Positions 1-9,400 of a DNA stretch of 35,878 bases are shown here, piece after piece. This DNA is from Cyanophora paradoxa CCMP329 (Eukaryota > Plantae > Glaucophyta). Where the stretch lies: the NCBI GenBank assembly GCA_004431415.1, contig QPMI01000488.1, forward strand, positions 1 to 35,878, given 5' to 3'. A model generated the notes under the pieces. That model was not told the DNA's origin. It saw only the letters and a program-made list of their open reading frames with translations, and made no database searches. Within the stretch, counting starts at the first letter, position 1, and each line of letters starts with the position of its first letter. Made by a program: the position numbers and the translations under genes.

Positions 1-79
1 TTTGCCTTTGTCCCGCCCGTCATTTCCGAGCTCCACCGTCTCGCCGAACTTTCAGCCCTTGCAAACGAGCAGGGGCTGC

Positions 80-601
80 TGCAGGACCAGCTCCCGGACG
101 CCATCGAGCAGATGCTGCTGCAGAACCCGGAGCTACAATTGCTAGATGTGAGATATCCGCAGGTGCAGCTGTCGGGGGCGTGGGCCCTGGACCAGCTGGA
201 GGGGGCGCTGGCCTCGCTGCACCTCGACTCGGGAGACGGGCTCGAGACGGCCCTGCGGCGCGCTGGCGTCGTCGACCTCGCCCTCCGCCTCGCGTCCGCT
301 GCCCGCGTTCCCTGAATAGCAATGGCGCTTTTTGTTGCAGCTGCCCAACGCTACCTTGTACGCGTGCAGCTCGGAGATCGCGGCGCTCATGCGCCCCTTG
401 GAACGCCTTCACCTCGCGGCTCCAGATTTGGATGTCCTCTCCTGTAAGGTGAACGGCCGCGGCCTGCGCGCGCGGTCCGCCGCCACGTGCGCCGCGCCTG
501 ACAAGAGAAATCGAACAGCCGATGAGCTTCTTGTGGCGCTCGATTGTCGCGGGGCGTCGGTGGCGGCGGCGGCGGGGCTCTTCGCGCCGTCGATTCGCTA
601 A
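80..601 (+). CDS. Host coding exons (leucine-rich), either the 3' end of an upstream gene or 5' exons of the HECT gene
   Basis: Protein-like GC-rich frames LPDAIEQMLLQNPELQLLDV... and LPNATLYACSSEIAALMRPLERLHL... ending TAA at 601, with a ttgcag acceptor near 340. No family recognised. Confidence 0.35.
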
Positions 602-730
602 GCCCCTGAAGCCCTTCAAGTGCGGTCCCTATAGCTATCCGCTGTATAACTGCGCTCCGTCCGCTTTGTTGCGTTTTACATTTATAATTATACGCACACG
701 TGTACGTATACGCGGCGCAGTCGGCTGCTC

Positions 731-2289
731 TTGGATTTCGTGCGGGAGCCGGCGCGCAACAAATTCTCGGCGACAATTGCGCGCCTGCCAGGCCTGTTCG
801 ACATTCATCTCCGGCGGGAGGCGTGCAACAACCCCGATGCGGTACTGTCCCGCACCCGCGAACCCTTTTTAACTTCCCGCCATGGCCAGGCGATCGTGAG
901 CGAACATGTGGAAGAGTCGCGGGTCCCATACGGCGACACAGACCCGTTCCTCTTCCTCAATGTCTCCCGGGGTTCTCTGATCAGTTCGAGGCGAGTTCAT
1001 TCATATGCCGCACGCGGCCGCCCGCGAAGTATATATGTACTAATTGTGCCGCCTCATCGATTTTCGCGGCGCGGCCGTCTGCGCAGCTTCGGGAACAAAG
1101 ACCTTGAGGCGGCGCTCCTCGCGATCGGGGGGCCCAACCCCCAGGCCGACCCCGCCTCTCCCGACGCCCGCACTTTCCGCCGCTCCGTCATCGATCTGAT
1201 GGTTCGAAGGGCCGGCCTCTCTAGCTCGACGGACCGGGCCCGGGCCGGGGCTGTAGCTGTAGCTGCAGGTGACGCGGGGCTGCACAGGTGGCATTCGAAG
1301 GAGAACCTGCGGTCGGCGACGGGTTGAAGCGGGAGTACCTGACAAAGCTGGCGCATGAGTTTTTGGACCCTAACACGGCCCTATTCTGCCGTCTCGGCGA
1401 CGCTGGCGGCGTCTACTATCCCTCCACGGACGCGCGCGTTCATGATTTCAGCGATCAGCCCGGCCACCACACGCCCTTCCCCGTCCGGCCGCCCTCGAGT
1501 CTGAGCCAACATTTTCGCACTTGGCTGTCTAAACTCTGATCGGGAGTGCCGCGCAGCATGTTTCGCCTCTGTGGGTGGGCGATGGGCGCCGCTTTCGCGA
1601 CCGGCGCAGTCTCCCCCGTCTACGTTCGTTCTGCCCCGTCCGGCCCCGCTGAATGCAGTCCCGCCCGCCCCGCCAACCATTTTGCGCATGCTGCAGTTCC
1701 CGCAGTGCCTTTATCGGTACCTTCTAGATCTGCCGCGGGCGCGGTCGCAGACGGGCCTTAAGGACCTCGCATCCATCGAGCCGAGCGTCGCGAAGAGCTT
1801 CAAGGAAATGCTGGGGCGGGGCCTGGCGGAGCTGGGGCTCGAGCATCTCGTTTTTATGGTCGAAGAAGACTTCTTCGGAGAGCGCCGCACCGTTCCGCTG
1901 CGCCCCGGCGGCGAGCAAGAGCCCGTCACCGACGCCAACAAGGCCCGCGCGCGCCCTCCGTCCCCAAATTCCACAATCGGGCGCCCCGGGGGCCCTCACG
2001 TGCCACGTACGCGTGCACAATCGTAGAAAGAGTACGTTCGACTGGCAGCGGACTACTACATTGTTGGGCGCGTCCGCCAGGAGGCTCGCCCACTGCCCGC
2101 CATGCCCCGCCCCCCCGCCGCTCGCGCTGTTCCTCGAATCATTTCCGCAGCTGGATGCGCTGCGGGAGGGGCTGCGGCTGGTGCTGCCCGCAGCTGCGTC
2201 GCGGATGTTGAGTTCAACCGAGCTGCGCATGATCGTCGAGGGGCTCCACACAATCGACGTGGAAGACTGGCGACGCAACACTCGCTACC
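731..2289 (+). CDS. Host HECT-domain E3 ubiquitin ligase, 5' portion (multi-exon), interrupted by the element
   Basis: Spliced exons give HECT motifs: FLNVSRGSLI, VAFEGEPAVGDGLKREYL, FRLCGWAMG, FPQCLYRYLL, LKDLASIEPSVAKSF, VPLRPGGEQEPVTDANK, KEYVRL, LDALREGL, STELRMIVEG, IDVEDWRRNTRY. Introns inferred at 991-1086, 1202-1287, 1943-2026 and 2084-2150, plus two less well defined ones near 1460-1556 and 1624-1695. The start codon was not located. Confidence 0.9.
2284..2289. repeat. Left target-site duplication GCTACC
   Basis: GCTACC at 2284-2289 is identical to 30610-30615. A 6-bp TSD is typical of Polinton RVE integrases. An alternative parse is a 4-bp CTAC TSD with termini one base longer. Confidence 0.85.
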
Positions 2290-2541
2290 ACACATAGTAA
2301 AATGCGGAGTTTTAACCCTCGGCTTATCTTAATTGATTTTGTTGATATATCTCGTATATTCTATTTCAACAATCGTTAATCTGTGTATATCTTATCGAAT
2401 ATTCATTTATTTCGATTATTTTGTATTCTTTCGATATTTTATCGTAAATTTCTCTTATTTTCCGATTAGTCTTACTGAGTGAATCGATAATCTGTATATG
2501 TTTCCGAATAATATAACTGAATCTCAATTAGATCTTGCTCT

Positions 2542-2570
2542 GGTTAAAACTCCGCATTTTACTATGTGTG
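2542..2570 (-). repeat. Internal inverted copy of the element terminus
   Basis: GGTTAAAACTCCGCATTTTACTATGTGTG is the exact reverse complement of 2289-2317. It is mirrored in the right TIR at about 30326-30354. Confidence 0.92.
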
Positions 2571-2820
2571 ATTGGTCTAAAAGTTAATTGATTTAATCGA
2601 TATTATATTCATGTACTTTCTCGATTAAATTTAATTAAATTTAATTCATTTAATCGGAAACATATCGCTAAACTCGATTAAGATCCATAAATGATTCATT
2701 TGTTTATATTAACAAATCGATCTCTTATTGAATCCAATCGTAATTATACATGAAACTTATATGTTTTTATCATGTTTTAATGATTCTAAGGGGGGACCCT
2801 TAGGATTTTTGAAATAATTG

Positions 2821-2915
2821 GGTGTGACAGGTGTGACAGGTCCATCCCAAGGAAAGTCCTAGTGAGAAATTGATTTTTAAAATCCACGGGATAGACCTGT
2901 CACACCTGTCACACA
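2821..2915. repeat. GTGTGACAG inverted-repeat module A in the left TIR (putative origin)
   Basis: (GGTGTGACA)x2, an AT-rich core, then (CCTGTCACA)x2. Homologous copies lie at 20483-20585 and about 29983-30076. The origin role is inference. Confidence 0.75.
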
Positions 2916-3012
2916 TACCATATTCAGTAAGGACCTCATATATTGTTAAAATCTCAGTGTTAGTTGGTGTTAGTTGATTCAAATGTGATCTTAGGAATGT
3001 GATTTAAAATCT

Positions 3013-3195
3013 TTCAGGCAGCATTTATTTGTCAGGCATTAAATCCATCGATTTTGACAAAGTATTTTATTTTGGCAAAGTCATTGTTTGGATCAACAAT
3101 GAAATTTGAATTATAGAAAAGTTTCTAAAAAGGTGCCTGACAATGCCTGACATACTATATAAGTGCCTGACAACTATATTATAGTGCCTGACAAA
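3013..3195. repeat. TGCCTGACA repeat module B in the left TIR
   Basis: Four direct TGCCTGACA copies at about 3134-3192 face inverted (TG)TCAGGCA copies at about 3014 and 3030, across an AT-rich spacer. Confidence 0.75.
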
Positions 3196-3682
3196 CCATA
3201 TATGGTAATACTATTATGATATCTTCTACTTTCTCAGTGTTAGTTGGTTAGTTGATTCAAAAAATGCATTTATTACTCTGATTCATTGTTATTTCCTGTG
3301 AAATTGAGTCAACTCAACCCACTTAGTCAACCCTTGCATTGAATTCGTAACAAAATCCATATACTTTTACTACTTTTACGATTAATATGAGTCAACCTTG
3401 AGTCCACTTAAATATAAATATATATAATAGGGGAATCAAGGGGAGATGCTGAGTGTTATTGTAAGGAAATCGAATAGTATTCGAAATACTTGACATTGCT
3501 TAATGTAGGGTGCATTCATATTTCGGCTACATCATACAGTAGAATTCTATTGTAACAAAAGCTACTGTAGAAAGAAATCATTGTAGAAAGCTATTGTAGG
3601 AAAGGATATATTATATCCTTTTTTAACGATTGCCATTGTAATAAAAAAGGTAAATTACCCTGTTTATCATTATAGAAACCCA

Positions 3683-4078
3683 TCAAAACGGGAATCTATC
3701 ATGTTTATGTCTCTCAGTCTTCTCAAATGTTAAGAAATTCATTGTTTATCGATCTCATCTGCTACTGATTGTGTTTTATGCTGAGCTTCTTTACCACAAC
3801 TGAATATATCAATTGCTAACATGCCTTCATTGGAATAACAATGAGCTGTGCAATGGCTTCATCTAATAGCAGAACCAATGCAAAACCAGGAGGTGATAGT
3901 TTGCCATCAAATATCTCACAATGCTTATGAACAATCCTAATACCTTGTCTCAATACTGCTTGTTCAAGGGTTCCATAATCCAATTACCTAGGAAGCTAAC
4001 ATGCTCATATCCTGTTGCTATAGCTGATTTAGCTTTGTAATCAAGCATAACATGAAAGCCTCTGTATTGAGTCTCCAT
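3683..4078 (-). CDS. speD: S-adenosylmethionine decarboxylase proenzyme-like (SpeD/SpeH, pyruvoyl-dependent), frameshifted
   Basis: Manual translation: METQYRGFHVMLDY...EQAVLRQGIRIVHKHCEIFDGKLSPPGFALVLLLDE[S]HCTAHCYSNEGMLAIDIFSCG. This matches the GxHxxxD, PxGxxxxxLLxESH and DIFTCG motifs. It needs an A restored in short A runs near 3972 and 3858, and probably a third indel near 3742. Confidence 0.82.
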
Positions 4079-4106
4079 TAAGAATCCTTAGAAAAATTAA
4101 TTAAAC

Positions 4107-4379
4107 CTAATCGAACCTAATGCAAATATCCCTATACTCTACTCTAATTGATGAAGTAGCCCTTTTCCTATAAGCCTGAGAGTGCTTTTTGTTGCATTCC
4201 CTACACCCTGATCCCTTCACATGATTAAAGGGATAGGTAAGGATCACCTTATTACACTGCAAACATCTAACAGATACTTTCTCTTGAGCTTTGATGTAAT
4301 GTGTCTCACTGTAATCGAATTTATCTTTACCATGAACTGTCATAGCAGCATCAATAAACTTTTTTGTTTTACTATCCAT
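4107..4379 (-). CDS. Small Zn-ribbon protein (single FIxxAxxVHG-DYS-CxxC repeat)
   Basis: KFIDAAMTVHGKDKFDYSETHY...CLQC...HVKGSGCREC matches one repeat unit of the 17038-17970 protein. Confidence 0.7.
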   Translation of the reverse strand: MDSKTKKFIDAAMTVHGKDKFDYSETHYIKAQEKVSVRCLQCNKVILTYPFNHVKGSGCRECNKKHSQAYRKRATSSIRVEYRDICIRFD

Positions 4380-4401
4380 ACTCTATATATAACCAATATT
4401 C

Positions 4402-4777
4402 TTATGGAGCAGTATCCTGCCCAAAAATGGGGAAATATCGATTTGTGCCATAGTATTCAGCATAGGTATTCTGCCTTGCAATAAAATCGGTTCTCTCAGC
4501 ATATAATACACACTTGTAGATACCAAACTTGTGGCTCTCACCAGAAACTGATAGTCTTCCAACCGAAATTGACTCCATGATAAGCAATACCAAAATTATC
4601 ATATGGGGTGATCACAACTGCAAAATTAGGAGTTCCACCCTCCACTTGACATACAGCATATACATCTGGTGGAATATCCACAACAACCTTGTAGTGGTCA
4701 CCAATCTCAACAAGAGAATCTACTACTGCTGTCTGTTCATTTACTACAATGGGGATATTTTGATTATATAGGGGCAT
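4402..4777 (-). CDS. Hypothetical viral protein (frameshift near 4545)
   Basis: ORFs 4538-4777 and 4402-4602 overlap and join across one indel. The ATG abuts the stop of the upstream gene. Confidence 0.55.
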
Positions 4778-5225
4778 TCATGCTGGGACATAGTTCGAAT
4801 TCTTGTATTGGATCAATGGGATTGGGTTGATCATTCACAAATAAAGGCGCTCCAACAGCCCACCAACCCTAAGACCATCACCAATATAAGCTCCCCCGAT
4901 TTGCAGTTAATAGCTCCCGACCTAGATTCAAAAGAATAAGTAGAAAGAGGATCTCCATAGCTATCTGGGTCTCCATAATGAGCAGAAAAGTTTGCATTGG
5001 TAACAAGTAGCTTAGTTGTCTTAACTATTCCATTATTTTTATCACATCTGAGTTCCTGTAATCTCAGTTTATGGGTGGAACCAAAGGTGTTCATTGTAGG
5101 TTGGACCTCTGTTGATTGGAGACCCTCTACATCATCAAAAGTAGCATGCTGCAGAACATGGTTTGCTGGTGCAGCTAATGATAGCTGAGGTGTAATAATT
5201 CGTTCAAGTGGGGTTGCTCAGCCAT
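4778..5225 (-). CDS. Hypothetical protein, paralog of the N-terminal half of 5274-6097 (frameshifted)
   Basis: DDVEGLQSTE...LRLQELRCDKNNGIVKTTKLLVTNANF aligns with DEVRGLESTE...IRVKELRADKNSGVVKTTRLLVTNANF. Confidence 0.65.
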
Positions 5226-5273
5226 TTTACATTAAAGGGATATATCTTTTATGGGTTGGGTCATCAATTACAT

Positions 5274-6097
5274 CTAATTCTTGGTAAAATCCTGTTGTGA
5301 ATATATCAGCAACATTACCCCACGAAGTGCTGATACAGCTGCTATATCTGTTCTCAGTCCCATAATCATAGTATTGTATACTCCAACCTCAGTGACAAAC
5401 AGATCATAGGTAAATGTCAAATTGTTATAAACACAATATCCTCTGCCAAAATGGTTCGAAGCTTGAACAAAGAATAAGTAGTTGTGTCCTGGTTGATTAT
5501 TATTGGCTCTACACATGGAAAGCATTGCAGTGGGAAGAGGAATATTTCTTCTTACTCGATCAGTTCCTGTAATGGAAACTAATTCCGAATTCTCAAGAGT
5601 TACAGAGGATGCAACATAGAAATGCAAAAAAGGTTGCTGTGCAACAGGTGTGTAGAAACGAATTCGTTGTGGGTTCTCCACATTTTGTTCGAGAGTATCT
5701 GGGACATCATTTAGGAAACAGATGAAGATAGCTGACCTGAAACTCTGCAGCCACCACCAATAAATGCTCCTCCTGATCTCACAGTTACAGCAGCAGTGTT
5801 TTTATCATAATCAAGGGCTTTCAGATCAACACTGTAAGCATCAGGACCTCCATTAGTAGGCTGAAAGAAGTTAGCATTTGTGACAAGAAGTCGAGTTGTT
5901 TTAACCACACCAGAATTCTTATCAGCTCTCAGCTCTTTAACTCGAATAATCGAATTTTTATCAAAGGAGTTACCATTGGAATTGGGTCTCTCTGTGGATT
6001 CTAAACCACGAACCTCATCATTAACTCATGCTGGCGAAAGTGCATTGCAGGGATCCAAGGAATATATTGGAAGTTGAACTCGATTATATTCACCCAT
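5274..6097 (-). CDS. Hypothetical protein (frameshifted), possibly virion-associated
   Basis: ATG at 6097, joining ORFs 5711-5908 and 5274-5681 across indels. Paralogous to 4778-5225. Confidence 0.6.
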
Positions 6098-6132
6098 TGC
6101 TTCTTTTACTAAGAAGGAAAGAAAAATAAACT

Positions 6133-6438
6133 ACCATCAAGCCAAAGTGATTAAATTCGATCCAAGGGATTGGTAAACAGTTGAAAGAACTTGCAGTTGG
6201 ACGTCATTGCTTTAATGTTGTTATCACACTCATTGTATTTAGCAACAGGTCACCATATGCAGATTTGGCAAGGACATTAACAAGAGGTTTTTATACTCAT
6301 TGACAACTGGTGAGAGCTTATTGTTTGCTGAATCGTTTTTTCAACTGTTTGTAATGCGTTTACAAGGGTGATTGTATCGAAAGAAAGCGCAACAGGCTCA
6401 GTAGAATAGGTGGTTCCACCAAGTGGATAGGTTGCCAT
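6133..6438 (-). CDS. Hypothetical small protein (multiple frameshifts)
   Basis: ATG at 6438 follows TATAATAAA and reads MATYPLGGTTYSTEPVALSFDTITLVNALQTV. The frame is broken downstream. Confidence 0.35.
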
Positions 6439-6499
6439 TTATTATACTGAGATATTTTTAATTGATCTATTTGACTTTGGAGATTCTGACATGTTTGTG

Positions 6500-9400
6500 T
6501 TAAATCTTTGCATTTCTGGATAATTCTTTAACGGCTTCTATGAGAACTGGAATTAAACCTGTGTATTCGAGAGCTAAGTAGCCATCGTCTTGTTTTGCTC
6601 TCACAACTTCTGGTATTACCTGTTGCACATCTTGCGCAATTAAACCTAATCTTGTTCCATCTTTTTCACTTCCGATTCGTTTAAAACTCACTCCTTCTAA
6701 TTTCTCTATTGCTGAAAGAGCGCCAGTTATCTTTTTAATATCGGTTTTGTATCTTCTATCGCTACCTTGTCCGAGATAGTTTCTAACCCACATGTATCCA
6801 TCATCATTTATAAATGCTACATGTGTATCCCACGTATTTCTAAATTCTACTACTGTTGTTGCATGTCCTCTAATATATGTAGTTGATGCTGAACCGAAAT
6901 ATATTCTTGAATAACCTTCACTTGAAGTAATCCAAGTTCCGGTTGCCCAAATGGTGCGTTCATCTTTACTAAAAACGTTATCCCAACTTATAAAACCATT
7001 TGCTGGGCTGTTCTTCCTTTTCTTTTGTCCATCCAATCATACCAATGTGACATCTCCCTTCCTTGCAACAAATCTTACATGGGAGAATGTATCACAATGG
7101 AAAGAAGTCCATGTTAAGCCATCATGCCAGTCTGAATCGTAATTATTTGAAACGGCTTGGTAGCAATTCACCCTCATAATGTGATGCCACCTCCCATTTC
7201 GATAGCCTCCAATATCGAAATATCTGCAATTTGTCCAACACATATACTGAACATGACATGTTTTCATATTGCCAGGGACTTCAATTTGCGCCCAACCACC
7301 ATCTGTTTCATCGCCTGAAATGTTACTATAAAATCCATCGACTGGATTTGTGTAGGTTGGTGTCCAACCTGTTGTCCAAGATCCACTAAATGATAGACCG
7401 GGGAGCCTGTCCCACTCCAAGTATCAAAACTGGTAATATTTCCAATTGAATAGTGACATCTGTTAACGACAGATAGGATGTAGGAATAGTAGGTTTACTA
7501 TAAACATTATTCCAATGAATAAAACCGGTAGAACCACCATGTGAACTACTATTAGCTCGATCGTGTGTAAAACCAATACCCATAATGTGAACTCTTCCGA
7601 CTCTCGGATAAATACGGAGGTGAGTAAATCGACCGGCAAGGAAGATTGGGACATTATTAACTCCATGGTGATGGTTATCTACACTACCATCGTGTGGGTG
7701 ATAATTATTTACTCTTGTAATAAATACAATTCCATTTGCTCTAACTCCCCAAATCTCAAAGTAACGGCAAGAATTCCATGGTAAATGTGTTAGGAATGCT
7801 GTCCCATTCACCAATGCGGTAGGTATTGTATACTGAATCCAAGTAGTTGTAGAAACTTCATCATTGCCTTCACTGTTATAGGCATAACTTCCATAATTGT
7901 ATCCTGGATCCCATTGCCACCCACTACCGATTGTCCAAGTTCCGCCCGATGAATGATAAGCACCACCCGCTACTGTGTCGTCGAAACCGTAAAATTTCGG
8001 AATCTCATAACCATTTCTTTTTAATGTTGCAACATCTATTGTTGTTGCACCAATGGTGGTAGCGCTTATTGTCGGAACTGTCAAAGTGTTGTTTACCCAA
8101 AGGTTACCATTGTCATAAGACTTCAAAATGGCTGTATCTCCTGAATTTCTAAATTCAATTGACACACCTTCACCATTCCCATACCCTCGAATATATGTTG
8201 TATTACCACTACCAAACCAAAACCTTGGAATATTATCTGTTGATTTGTGCCAGTCCACAGAATTCACTGTCAATAAACTACCTAATGTATAGGTCGCTTC
8301 TGCTTTTGTTGCATAAGTTGCTGCAAAATCCGGTTTGCTAAACACATTGTCCCAACTTACCATTCCAATCTCATTATCTGTTGCTCTCTGTCTACTCCAA
8401 CCGAAAACACCTGTGAGATGAATGCGACCTTTCTTTCCTTGGACGTAAATATACTTGTAGAATTCACAATTGATTGAGATGAATAATATACTGTTATGTG
8501 TTCCATCCTCATTCACAGACTGGATTCCTTGATAGGCGTTCACACGTTTTAAAAAGTGCTGTTTGTTATTGACTGTCTGACCATAGATATCAAAGTATCT
8601 ACAATTATGCCATGGCATGTGTTGAATATAAAACGACTTCATACCTGCGGGAACAGCCCATCTCATCCAACAACCACTGCAATCTTCATCATTTTGTGGT
8701 GTTGTGTAGCATCCTGTTTGTCCTGTTCTTCCAGTCCATCCTGTAACAGTCCAATTATTAGCGCTTCGATCTGTTGATATAACATCTAATTGGTCAAAAT
8801 CATAACCTTTTGTATTGTTGTCCCACTATTTGTAGAGTGGTAGCATTCACAGTTCCATTAACAGTTCCACCTGTTAGAGGTAAATAATTCCCAAGAGCTG
8901 CTGTCAACTCTGCATCTGTTGCATAGCTATTTAAACTGGCTGAGGTCAGATATCCTTTATTGTTAAGGTAATCATCTGTCACTACTCCTGAAAGGGTGGT
9001 ATTGTGTAAGTTTTTGGCTGCCATCCTCTGATTGACTTCTAAGGCTCCACCTGATGTCGTTTTAATCCATGCAATCTCACATTTCCCATGATCATCTGTG
9101 GGTTGTCCCACAACAGGAAGGTAGTTTACAACTTTCTCCCTTGTGAACACAATTTTAGGTCTTGCTCCATCATATGCGCTTTGATCTGTAACGTTTATTT
9201 GAATAGCTGCTGAAAAATCGGCTACTTGTCCTGTTTCACCTGGGTGATAATTCGTAACATAGATACTGGGAAAGTATCATTTACTCCTACATTAAATCAC
9301 CATCATAAACTCCATTTACGATTGGATCCCTGGGTAATCTTACTGCAAGAGTTCCCTCCATTGGAGTGCCTGTTTGACCTGTAAAAGTCCCATTGAGACT

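Larger units (their letters stand above)
2290..3450 (+). repeat. Left terminal inverted repeat (about 1.16 kb)
   Basis: Reverse complement of 29448-30609 from ACACATAGTAAAATGCGG to GGGGAGATGCT. The differences spotted are single-base indels. Confidence 0.96.

Noticed and set aside
2284-2289. Targeted integration into ubiquitin ligase genes
   Set aside because: A single site cannot show targeting, and RVE integrases generally have weak sequence preference.
20-2332. Many overlapping Arg/Pro/Ala-rich ORFs
   Set aside because: Shadow ORFs of GC-rich DNA. The spliced plus-strand HECT gene explains the region.
2800-2982. 60-aa ORF with CDRCDR/CHTCHT resembling a metal-binding protein
   Set aside because: The Cys pattern is only the translation of the DNA repeats inside the TIR.
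2821-3200. CRISPR-like reading of the GTGTGACAG and TGCCTGACA repeats
   Set aside because: The units are 9 bp, partly adjacent and inverted, with no unique regular spacers and no cas genes, in a eukaryotic viral TIR.
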